From assembly GCA_028865345.1 (NCBI GenBank), contig JAGWKL010000002.1:128665-192664 (forward strand): a stretch of 64,000 bases of DNA. The letters are read 5' to 3'. A program made the position numbers and the translations under genes. The number at the start of each line of letters is the position of its first letter. The stretch's first letter is position 1. The DNA comes from Candidatus Omnitrophota bacterium (GTDB taxonomy: Bacteria > Omnitrophota > Gorgyraeia > Zapsychrales > Fredricksoniimonadaceae). Of the stretch, positions 37,775 to 46,332 are shown piece by piece. Under the pieces are notes generated by a model. The model had not been told where the DNA came from, did no database searches, and was given only the letters and a program-made list of their open reading frames with translations.

Positions 37775-39491
37775 GACTTTTGCCTTTCTGGCTTTCTTTA
37801 AACGCAACTTTGGGGGCCGCTAAAGGATGCGAAGGTTCATTCTCGCTGAAAGAATAGGGAGTGATGATATGGAACTGCCCGCAGATTTTATGAATGGCAT
37901 CAATCAAGGCCCCATTGTCCTGATCGTATTTCAATTCACTGATCAAATAGTACACCTTATGGAACGCCCAGTCCCGTGCGATATCTTTACCGCCCAACGG
38001 CGCATTCTTAAGGGAGCCGCTGACAATGAACTCTTTATTATCATCGGCCGTGTCTCCCCTGATTTGAACGGCAAACTGATCTTCATTAGTGTATTTGCCG
38101 TAAATTACGAATTGCGACCCTTTAAAAAAATCCGGCATGGTCCGGGGAAAAATTTCCCGTTCATTCAGACCGCTGACATAATAGCGCACGTTCAACAAAA
38201 GCGGGTCTTTGATCTCGTCGTACAATCCGGCCAGATCCCGGCCCATAAAATACTGCCGGCCCACAACCGTTGACCAACCCCGGTTTTTAAAAGCAATAAA
38301 ATCCAGCATATAAGGATCCACGGCTGCGCCGCCGCCAAAAGTAAAAATACTGACCTTGTTATGATTGATACGGGAAATCTCGTTTATGACATGCCGGTCA
38401 TTCACAAGACCGGCAGTAGGAATGCCGTCGCTGATCAAAACCCTGTAGGACGGCACAAAAGGATGCGGCAACGTGACGCTTGTGCGCAGGGCGTCATAAA
38501 TGTCGGTCGTGGACCATGATTGCAGGCTGTGAAGAAAATCAACAGCCTTCCTGATATTGCCGGCGTCAACTTTAAGGGAAACAGGACTAAACGGTATGGA
38601 TCTATTGTTAAAAGCAAGGATATTAAAACGGTCATCGGGATTAAGGTGATGCAAGCTGTAGGCGATCCCCTCTTCCACCTGGGTCAAACGCGGCATTCCG
38701 ATGCTGCCTGAGGCGTCCACCAGGAAAATGATCTCCTTGGGGATGACGGGAAAATTAATGGTGGCATCCTTGACCTTTACAACGAGCTTGAAATATTTTT
38801 GCCCTGAAGGGGACTGGTACCTGAAGAGCTGATAAGTCAGTGCCGTACCCAAATCGGTGAGCCTGGATTTAGGCGCCTGGCCCGTGGGGCTTCTTTTCAT
38901 CATCTGGAATTCATTGTGCATATTGGCGGATCTACGGGACGTGACCAGGGCCGCCTTGGCCGGAAAAGAGCTCTTATCAAGAAAATTCCTGGAGATGTCC
39001 TCACCGGCAATAAGCACCGGCGAACCGGAGGCAAAGTTCTCCGTCGGCACTTCACCCAATTCAACCAGGTTCTCCCTCAGCGAACGGCGTACCCGTCTGG
39101 TGGTGACGATATCATTGAAATCCGATTTTCTTAAGGTCTGCGCTTGCTTGACCGATGAAGGGATGAGCGCCTGCTTTCCTTTCTGAATGGATGTCTCAAT
39201 ATTGTTCTTCACCGTTTCTTCGGATTCTATGGCCGGCTTGCTGATCAGATTTTCCAGAAAAGGATTGTCGGGTTTAGGTGATTTGCGCAAAGTCTCGGTG
39301 GCGAATTTGACCTTCGGGGTGCCCATCTGTTCTTCTTTGGCGATCGTGACATGAAAAAACATTTCCGGTTTTTCGGGGAACTCAACAGCAGGCAGCATTT
39401 TGGCAAAATAACTCCATATTAAAAACCCCGCGTGGAGGGAAAGGGAAATCCCAAGAGCGATCAATATCCTTCGCTGGACAATAACACTCAT
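37764..39491 (-). CDS. Membrane-anchored vWA-domain protein
   Basis: N-terminal TM segment. vWA MIDAS residues (FLVDASGSIG ... STTDIYDAL). The start ATG overlaps the TPR gene stop as ATGA. Confidence 0.8.
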   Translation of the reverse strand: MSVIVQRRILIALGISLSLHAGFLIWSYFAKMLPAVEFPEKPEMFFHVTIAKEEQMGTPKVKFATETLRKSPKPDNPFLENLISKPAIESEETVKNNIETSIQKGKQALIPSSVKQAQTLRKSDFNDIVTTRRVRRSLRENLVELGEVPTENFASGSPVLIAGEDISRNFLDKSSFPAKAALVTSRRSANMHNEFQMMKRSPTGQAPKSRLTDLGTALTYQLFRYQSPSGQKYFKLVVKVKDATINFPVIPKEIIFLVDASGSIGMPRLTQVEEGIAYSLHHLNPDDRFNILAFNNRSIPFSPVSLKVDAGNIRKAVDFLHSLQSWSTTDIYDALRTSVTLPHPFVPSYRVLISDGIPTAGLVNDRHVINEISRINHNKVSIFTFGGGAAVDPYMLDFIAFKNRGWSTVVGRQYFMGRDLAGLYDEIKDPLLLNVRYYVSGLNEREIFPRTMPDFFKGSQFVIYGKYTNEDQFAVQIRGDTADDNKEFIVSGSLKNAPLGGKDIARDWAFHKVYYLISELKYDQDNGALIDAIHKICGQFHIITPYSFSENEPSHPLAAPKVAFKESQKGKSHGR

Positions 39492-41848
39492 TTTAAAAGA
39501 CCGATCCTTTGCCGGGCATAGGACGCAGCCCTGCTGTTTTTATATTTATCCAGTATCTCCTCATAGGCTTTCAGGGCGTCGGGACGGCGCTTTTGGCGCT
39601 CAAAAATCCCGGCTGCCCTTAATAGACTCTCGGGGCAGTAATAATCGTCATCGTAAACCGTGGCCACCAGGAGATAATATTTGGCCGCCTCGTCCAGTTT
39701 CCCCTGGGCGCGATCGGCATTGGCCATCTCAAAGGCGGCATGCGCCGTGACTGTATAATCATCGGGATTTTCGTCCAAAGCCTTTTGGAATTCCTTTTCG
39801 GCCTCATCATACCTTTGCTGGGTCTCCAGGCATAAACCGTGGCCGATATGGGCGCTTCCGGTAAAGGCATTCTTAACACTTGAAGCTTCGACCGGATCGT
39901 AATACTTGGCCGCCTCATCGCAGCGCCCCAGCCCTCTCAAGGCTTCGGCTTTAAAATAATAAATTTCCGTCATGTCCAAAGGACCCGCTCCCCGGCTTCC
40001 AAGGCCGGAAAAACGTTTTTCCGCGTCGGCCGCCACACGAAGGACATCATCATATTTTTGTTCCTTCAGATATTGATTGCAAACCCACACATAGGTCGCC
40101 AGCTGCAGGTCATTAGGGCCCGGCAGGTTCATCAGGCGGTCAAAAAAATTCCTCGCCTGGTCGAAATTTTTCATGCCCAGATAAATGATCGCCATATTCT
40201 TGACGGCAGCCGGATAAAATTTTCCTCCTTCCTGGTTTTGGTCCACGTGCGCGTAGGCGGCCAGCGCCTGGCTGCTGTTGCCTGAAAGCTGAAGGTTATA
40301 TCCCAACAAGAAATACGCGGTATTTGCTTTTTGAGGCGAAGCTGAAGCCAAATACCCCTGCAGCAATTTGACCGCCTCGGCAGGCTGGTTGTCCTTGGCC
40401 AGGCTGTCCGCCAGGATAAACAAAACATTGCTATATTGCCGGGCCTTGGGAAATGTTTTTAAATATTCCCGGGCCCGATCGATCGCATCCCGGATATCGC
40501 CTGTCCGAACATCCATCATGATCGCGTTATATAATGCTTCCCCCTTTAAATCAGGCTGGCTTTCAAGATCATAATATTTCAAAAATAAAGCCTGGGCCTC
40601 TTTCAGGCGGCCCGCTCCCTCGCGGCAATGGGCCTCGCCCAATAGCGCCGCCTTATTAAAACGGGAACCAGGGAAATTCTGATAAACATTTTCAAAAAAA
40701 TTAAATGCTTTATCATATTCCCCCAGGCCGAAACAGCATTGGGCTTTCAGGAAAAATGTCTCGTCGGCATTCCCGGTATCGGCGGAAGAATACGCGTTCA
40801 ACAATGCCAGGGCGTCCTTATAATCTTTGTTACTGATAAAAATACCGGCTTTCTTGATAAAAATCCGGGCAGTCTCCCATGGTTTTAATCCCGGGAAGGC
40901 CAGCATGCGGTCCAGAAGTTTATTGGCCCGGTCATATTGTTTTAATTCAATATAGGCCATGACCGCCGCCAGGTGGACGTTAAAGTAAGATTCATCGTCC
41001 TTGATCCGGGACGCATATTTATGGTACTCGTCGAGCAATTGACCGTACTGCCCCAGATTGAAATAAGCCAAAAGCAGGTTGGCCAAGGCATCCTCATTGA
41101 GCCCCAGGGCCGGATACCCTTTGATCACCCGGTTGAATTCCTTGATGGCGCCGTCATATTGACCCGACAAAAACAGGACTGCGGCGATCCTATAATGCAA
41201 TTGGCCTTTAAGGGAGTCGTTCTCTGCCAGCGCCAAAGATTTGCTATACGCATCGAGGGCCTCCTGATCATGCCCCCCCTGAACCTCTATCTTGCCTATT
41301 TCCCTGAACGCATCGGCGGTATAGCCGGATGCCCCCTGGACTGCTGAAGCCTTTTGGAAAAAAGTAAGGGCTGAAGACCTATCTCCCTTATCTAAATAAG
41401 CGCGGGCCGTATAAAAATCAAACGATTGCAAAATCTGCCCCTTTAACTGTTTTCGATCAACGGACTCAAGCTCTTTTAAAGCCTCATCATATTGCTTTTG
41501 CTCGATGTCGATCTGCCCTAAACGCAAGATACTCACCGGTAATTTTCCGGAATGAGGGTAAAGTTGATTAAACTGCCTGAAAGCATCAACGGCCTTGTTA
41601 AATTCCCGGGACAAGAAATAACCCTCGCCCAGGGAAAGGTAGGCGTCCTGCAAAGACGGGCTGTGGGGATTTTCGGCAATGAACTTCCGGTATTGTGTAA
41701 TGGCCATCCCGTACATGCCGCGCGCAAGCAAACCCTGGGCAAAATCCAGCTCTTCCGCTTCCTGCACGCTGTCCTGGGCGTGCACAGGCACAGGGAACGC
41801 GCAACACACTGTGAAAATACCTGCGATAACAACGGTCCTGAAATTCAT
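39488..41848 (-). CDS. Large secreted TPR-repeat protein
   Basis: Signal peptide, then more than 15 TPR-like repeats over 786 aa. Its start lies 1 nt after the exbD stop. Confidence 0.8.
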   Translation of the reverse strand: MNFRTVVIAGIFTVCCAFPVPVHAQDSVQEAEELDFAQGLLARGMYGMAITQYRKFIAENPHSPSLQDAYLSLGEGYFLSREFNKAVDAFRQFNQLYPHSGKLPVSILRLGQIDIEQKQYDEALKELESVDRKQLKGQILQSFDFYTARAYLDKGDRSSALTFFQKASAVQGASGYTADAFREIGKIEVQGGHDQEALDAYSKSLALAENDSLKGQLHYRIAAVLFLSGQYDGAIKEFNRVIKGYPALGLNEDALANLLLAYFNLGQYGQLLDEYHKYASRIKDDESYFNVHLAAVMAYIELKQYDRANKLLDRMLAFPGLKPWETARIFIKKAGIFISNKDYKDALALLNAYSSADTGNADETFFLKAQCCFGLGEYDKAFNFFENVYQNFPGSRFNKAALLGEAHCREGAGRLKEAQALFLKYYDLESQPDLKGEALYNAIMMDVRTGDIRDAIDRAREYLKTFPKARQYSNVLFILADSLAKDNQPAEAVKLLQGYLASASPQKANTAYFLLGYNLQLSGNSSQALAAYAHVDQNQEGGKFYPAAVKNMAIIYLGMKNFDQARNFFDRLMNLPGPNDLQLATYVWVCNQYLKEQKYDDVLRVAADAEKRFSGLGSRGAGPLDMTEIYYFKAEALRGLGRCDEAAKYYDPVEASSVKNAFTGSAHIGHGLCLETQQRYDEAEKEFQKALDENPDDYTVTAHAAFEMANADRAQGKLDEAAKYYLLVATVYDDDYYCPESLLRAAGIFERQKRRPDALKAYEEILDKYKNSRAASYARQRIGLLK

Positions 41849-41849
41849 T

Positions 41850-42272
41850 TTAAGGGTTCTCGTCCTTGATCGCTGAAAAAGAAATGTCCGTCAAATGGGA
41901 ATACCCGCAGGCATCCAGGGCCTGGATCACGTATTTATGGTAGGTCAGTGCGTCCGCGCGGATAATGACCTGCTGGTTCGGGAATAATTTGGACACATGG
42001 GCCAGCATAACCGTCAGTCCGTCCGGAGTATATTGCTTCTGGTTGACGATAAAACGGCCGTCCCTGGTGATATTGATGACGATCTTGCCGGCGCTTTGGG
42101 CGGACTGGACCGCTGTTTTGGATTTGGGAAGCGTCATATTGACCTGCGCTTCCATCTGGTTATAAACGGCAATGACCATAAAAAACATCAGGGCCCAGAA
42201 AGCAATGTCCACCAGAGGGGCCAGTTGGACGATCGGCCTTTGCCGTTGATATTCAGAGACGTCGAATTTCAT
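41850..42272 (-). CDS. exbD: ExbD/TolR biopolymer transport protein
   Basis: 140 aa. ExbD N-terminal pattern with one TM (LAPLVDIAFWALMFFMV). Confidence 0.85.
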   Translation of the reverse strand: MKFDVSEYQRQRPIVQLAPLVDIAFWALMFFMVIAVYNQMEAQVNMTLPKSKTAVQSAQSAGKIVINITRDGRFIVNQKQYTPDGLTVMLAHVSKLFPNQQVIIRADALTYHKYVIQALDACGYSHLTDISFSAIKDENP

Positions 42273-42293
42273 AAGCTTCTCTCCTCGTAATAT

Positions 42294-43040
42294 TTATCGG
42301 CCGTGGATCTTCTTGATGATGTCCGAGCTGTAAATCTCCACCATATTGGTGATCTGCTGGACATGGCCGCGGAAATAGGAATACGCCATCAACGCCGGGA
42401 TGGCGACGATGAGCCCGGAGGCCGTACAGACCATGGCCTTAGAGATGCCCGCAGCCAAAAGGGTCGTTTTAAGGCTGGCTGACTGCAAAGGCACCGCACG
42501 GAAGGCCTGGATCAATCCCAGCACAGTTCCCAACAGGCCCAAAAGGGGCGCCACAGCGACGATGTCGGAAAGATAACTGATGTTTTGCCAGAGATTGGTC
42601 AATTCAACGCGGGCGGTGTTCTCCATGGCTTCGCGGGCCAAATCATCATGGTGCTGCTTTCGTTCAAGGCCGGCCAGGACAATCTTGGCAATGATGGTGC
42701 TGTTTTCCTGGCGGCAGATGGTTTGGGCGCCGTTAAAATCCCTGCTGTTGAGCTTGTGCATCACCTCATCATATAGCCCGCGCGGGACAAGCTTATTGAC
42801 ATTAAGCATCATGACGTCATAAACGATAATGGCCACGGCCGCAACCGAGAGGAAACCTATGCCGATCATGGTTAAGCCTCCGGCCTTCAGCGTCTGCCAC
42901 AGCGTCATGTCCCCGGGCATATTAGCCCCTCCTGCGCCGGATCCGGACACTTGAGCATAGGCACAATGATGTCCGTTAAGTAAAAACAAAAGAACGAACA
43001 TCCCCAACATCCAAACCGGCATATTTTTCGCATTGATCAT
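42294..43040 (-). CDS. exbB: MotA/TolQ/ExbB proton-channel protein
   Basis: 248 aa with three TM helices. C-terminal TolQ/ExbB-family core. Confidence 0.85.
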   Translation of the reverse strand: MINAKNMPVWMLGMFVLLFLLNGHHCAYAQVSGSGAGGANMPGDMTLWQTLKAGGLTMIGIGFLSVAAVAIIVYDVMMLNVNKLVPRGLYDEVMHKLNSRDFNGAQTICRQENSTIIAKIVLAGLERKQHHDDLAREAMENTARVELTNLWQNISYLSDIVAVAPLLGLLGTVLGLIQAFRAVPLQSASLKTTLLAAGISKAMVCTASGLIVAIPALMAYSYFRGHVQQITNMVEIYSSDIIKKIHGR

Positions 43041-43163
43041 GTGTCAACCCCCTCGTGATTTAAAAAATTCTACATTTTTAATTTTAACTTAAGAGACCCG
43101 CCAATACAAGAAGCAAGCAATGCAAATGTTGATTTATAAATTTTTAAATATAAAATACATCTC

Positions 43164-43853
43164 ATGCGAAAGTACTTGTTTATTTTATGTCTTTTGGTGC
43201 CGGTCTTGTGCCTGGAAGCCCGGGCCCAAGAGCAAACGCCCGAGCAGCTTTTACAAACCGTGCGCACCTCCCTGGTGGAAGTAAGGGCCGTAGCCACCAA
43301 GACCATCAGAGAAAATAACGGTGATGAAATAAGAGGAACCTACCATGCCACAGGTTCCGGCGTCATCCTTGACACCTATGGAAACATCGTCACCAATACC
43401 CATATCATCGCCAACGCCCAACGCATCTATGTCGGCCTCAGCGACGGCACCGTGCTCGAGGCAAAACGTGTATATTCCAGCGACGCTGACTTCAGCTTTA
43501 TCAAGGTCGATCCGCCCTACCCGCTTGATCCCATCAGCTGGGCTGATTCTTCACAAGCCGGGACAGGCACACCCATCATTGCGCTGACCAATAGCGACAA
43601 CGGCCAAGAGCACATCCTCGGCGGTGAAATCATCAAGCTTATCAATGGCGTTGATTCAGGCAGTGTGGAAATGTTTGAATTAAACCTTCCCCTTGTCCCC
43701 GGGGACAGCGGCGGCCCGCTTCTCGACAACGAAGGGCATTTGTTAGGACTGATCATGGGCAGGAAAACAAGCCAAGACGATAAAAGTTATGCCATAGCGT
43801 CCAATAAAATCCATCAAGAATACATGAACTACCAGCAAAATCTACCCAATTAA
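43164..43853 (+). CDS. Secreted trypsin-like (S1) serine protease, no PDZ domain
   Basis: Signal peptide. Catalytic His (TNTHIIANA) and Ser (GDSGGPL) motifs. Divergent from exbB. Confidence 0.8.
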   Translation: MRKYLFILCLLVPVLCLEARAQEQTPEQLLQTVRTSLVEVRAVATKTIRENNGDEIRGTYHATGSGVILDTYGNIVTNTHIIANAQRIYVGLSDGTVLEAKRVYSSDADFSFIKVDPPYPLDPISWADSSQAGTGTPIIALTNSDNGQEHILGGEIIKLINGVDSGSVEMFELNLPLVPGDSGGPLLDNEGHLLGLIMGRKTSQDDKSYAIASNKIHQEYMNYQQNLPN

Positions 43854-43958
43854 ATAATATTCACAACTGGATTTAAAATGAAATACCAAAAGGCTTGAGT
43901 TGTACTTCCCTGCTATGCCGAACAGTTATCTCATCGCAAACGCTTTTAAACGGACAAT

Positions 43959-44405
43959 TTATCTGCCGTACATGGCCTGCAGCTGTTCGGTTGAAGGGAT
44001 CTGGTCGTAATATTCGCCCTGCGGGCCTATATAACCGTTCCCCGATCTTTTGAGCACCACCGCCGTATATCCTCCGGTGGAATTAGGGATATTGACCGTG
44101 ACCGTGTCCCCGGAATAGGTGATGTTGGTCACAGGAGCCGGTTGGCTGACAACTACCGGCGCCGGCTGTTGGACAACAGGTTTTTGGATTTGAGAACCCA
44201 CCGCGGCCCCGGTGACGGCGCCCAACGCGCCTCCGATCAAAGCCCCTGCCCCTGTGTCATGGCTTTGATGGCCTATAATACCCCCGGCCAGCATGCCCAG
44301 AGCGCCTCCGGCGGCGGCACCTTCGCCTTCATTATTATAGGGATTGCAGCCGGCAATAAAAGCGGCGAAAACAAACACTGTCAGGACATAAAAACATTTT
44401 TTCAT
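43959..44405 (-). CDS. Glycine-zipper lipoprotein with conserved ~50-aa C-terminal domain (paralogous to 36461..36994 C-terminus)
   Basis: Lipobox FIAGC. Gly-zipper region (GALGMLAGGIIG...GALIGGALGAVTGAAVG). The C-terminus TVTVNIPNSTGGYTAVVLKRSGNGYIGPQGEYY...QLQAMYGR matches the other protein. GGGGAG RBS before MKKCF. Confidence 0.65.
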   Translation of the reverse strand: MKKCFYVLTVFVFAAFIAGCNPYNNEGEGAAAGGALGMLAGGIIGHQSHDTGAGALIGGALGAVTGAAVGSQIQKPVVQQPAPVVVSQPAPVTNITYSGDTVTVNIPNSTGGYTAVVLKRSGNGYIGPQGEYYDQIPSTEQLQAMYGR

Positions 44406-44477
44406 TTTAAATCTCCCCAAAAACAGACAATCTAAATTATAGCAAACGCTGAACTTATTTCATCTAAAATCCGCTTC

Positions 44478-44849
44478 TCAACACACAACTTCCACGGTCC
44501 AGTGTTCATTGACCCAAAGGCCGATAACCTGTTGACTGGGCCAATGCGACTTGAGGCGTTTGGCCGCATCGTTGATTTGCTGGCGGTGCAAATTTTCTGC
44601 AACAGGGTTGCCCCGGCAATCGTGGTGGCCCACCACAAAAAGCATGGTTGATTTATTTAAATTAACCGAGATGGCAACGCTGCGTAGAACTTCCCTGATA
44701 TCTTCCTGGTCAGCCAAAACATGGTCCATACCTGCCTCGGTGATCACATCCACAAAATCCACGGGATAGTTCTCTTTGATCCAGTGCAATACCGGCAATT
44801 GCACGCGGCCGTCCATACAATTAAGACATGTTGCCCGTTTATCCACCAT
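44478..44849 (-). CDS. Compact beta-carbonic-anhydrase-like Zn-binding protein (hypothetical)
   Basis: C11-x-D13-x-R15 and H75-x-x-C78 resemble the beta-CA CxDxR...HxxCG zinc triad and Asp-Arg dyad. It is only 123 aa, so the assignment is tentative. Confidence 0.55.
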   Translation of the reverse strand: MVDKRATCLNCMDGRVQLPVLHWIKENYPVDFVDVITEAGMDHVLADQEDIREVLRSVAISVNLNKSTMLFVVGHHDCRGNPVAENLHRQQINDAAKRLKSHWPSQQVIGLWVNEHWTVEVVC

Positions 44850-45001
44850 TCCTCCGCTTAAAATGTTTTACCTATTCTAACCGCTCTGTCCTTTTAGACA
44901 ACGACAATTGCATAAAAGTTCCCCCAAAAGGCGCTTCCTGCCTCCCCGGGCTTGGTGGAAAGCGCCCTCTTTTTAACACGCCGGGCAAAAATAAACCACC
45001 C

Positions 45002-45232
45002 TTAAAACTCTTTGGTTAAAATGTTATAGATCGGTTGTGATCTCAGCCAAAGCGCGGCGGATTTTGCCGGATGTTGGGCGAGATACTGCTTGGCGTAACT
45101 ATTGATCCACTCCCTGCAAGCTCTTTCAAAGCCGATATCCTTCCCGGATTTTTCGCTTTCAATCCACTTATACCTGTTGATCTCATCCAGAACATCCTTG
45201 TCTTTCAACAGCTCTGTACTTGTGATGGACAT
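45002..45232 (-). CDS. Small hypothetical protein
   Basis: 76 aa with no TM segment and a conserved-looking charged/aromatic pattern. Family not recognised. Confidence 0.45.
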   Translation of the reverse strand: MSITSTELLKDKDVLDEINRYKWIESEKSGKDIGFERACREWINSYAKQYLAQHPAKSAALWLRSQPIYNILTKEF

Positions 45233-45383
45233 ATCTCCTCCTTGGAAAAAGAGAAAAAAACCGGACTTCTTAAATTTTGAATATTATAACACAAAAAAAA
45301 CGCAGACAAAAAAATAATCATAAAACCGGCCATCCGTAGTAATACTTATATGTCGACGGCCTCAAGAAAGATAAAATTTAAGC

Positions 45384-46007
45384 GTGGACACTTCCTTTAT
45401 CCTTCAAGCGGCGCTCACCGGCTTGTCCTTGGGGGCTTTCTGCCTGTCCTACTGTTTCCCTTTTTTGGCCACATTGATCGCCAGCACACCTCGAAGACCA
45501 AAGGAAAACTCAAAACTCATTTTTCAGTTCATTTTCGGCCGTTTCATCGGCTATCTGCTCTTCGGCTTCGCGTTCGGTTACGTAGGAGAAAAATTCCGCT
45601 CTCCTGTCCTGACCATCATGACGGATTTTTCCATGATCCTTATTTCTGTGATCCTGGTCCTTTATCTGTGCGGGGTCATCAAACAAAAAGAATCATGTTT
45701 GTGCTCAAAGTTCCATAACCGTAACGCCATGGCCATGGGCCTGCTCATGGGCATCAACATCTGCCCGCCGTTTTTGTTGTCCCTTCCCTATGTTTTCTCC
45801 CTGCACAGCACCTGGCTTGGGATTATTTATTTTATCGTTTTCTTTCTGACCAGTTCCGTCTATTTCCTGCCCATGATCTTTGTGGGAATGCTGGCCAGAA
45901 TAAAAGAATTCCGTTTGGTGGCCCGCATCAGCGGATTTATTTGTGCGGGCATTTTCACCTTCTCCGGATTCTATTCGCTGGTCCATATCTTGTTGCCCAA
46001 GCCGTAA
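45384..46007 (+). CDS. DsbD/TauE-superfamily-like 6-TM membrane protein
   Basis: First TM carries FCLSYCFPFLATL, which is CcdA-like. A later TM has INICPPF. First gene of a 3-gene plus-strand operon. Confidence 0.55.
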   Translation: MDTSFILQAALTGLSLGAFCLSYCFPFLATLIASTPRRPKENSKLIFQFIFGRFIGYLLFGFAFGYVGEKFRSPVLTIMTDFSMILISVILVLYLCGVIKQKESCLCSKFHNRNAMAMGLLMGINICPPFLLSLPYVFSLHSTWLGIIYFIVFFLTSSVYFLPMIFVGMLARIKEFRLVARISGFICAGIFTFSGFYSLVHILLPKP

Positions 46008-46020
46008 AAATGGAGGTCTT

Positions 46021-46332
46021 ATGTTAGGCGGCGCGTTCCTTAACAGGCTTGACAAGTTCGGCATGTGGATCCTGATGGCCATGGTCCTCGGTTTCGTCAT
46101 GACCGGCTACGGCATGACCAAACACATCATGGACCCCGTGTTGGCCAAATACATCCATACCCAATTGCTGCCTCTACCGCTGCTCATATTCTTTTGCATC
46201 CATGTGATCAAAGGCGTCCGTAATCAATTTAAAAAATGGAAGATCTTCGATAATGACCGCACCCTGGACATCTACGCCTATGCCCTGGTGCTGTCCGTCA
46301 CCGCCATCCTGATCTGGCTGTTTTTCCGTTGA
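46021..46332 (+). CDS. Small 3-TM membrane protein
   Basis: GGAGG RBS. Begins 14 nt after the previous stop. Its stop overlaps the radical SAM start. Confidence 0.5.
   Translation: MLGGAFLNRLDKFGMWILMAMVLGFVMTGYGMTKHIMDPVLAKYIHTQLLPLPLLIFFCIHVIKGVRNQFKKWKIFDNDRTLDIYAYALVLSVTAILIWLFFR

Noticed and set aside
43070-43306. 78-aa minus-strand ORF in the exbB/protease divergent promoter region
   Set aside because: It overlaps the start of the plus-strand protease gene and an AT-rich promoter region, and is a likely artefact.
43670-43700. Palindrome CTTGTCCCCGGGGACAG resembling the REP element
   Set aside because: It lies inside the serine protease CDS. It arises from codons for LVPGDSG and is a coincidental match, not an intergenic element.
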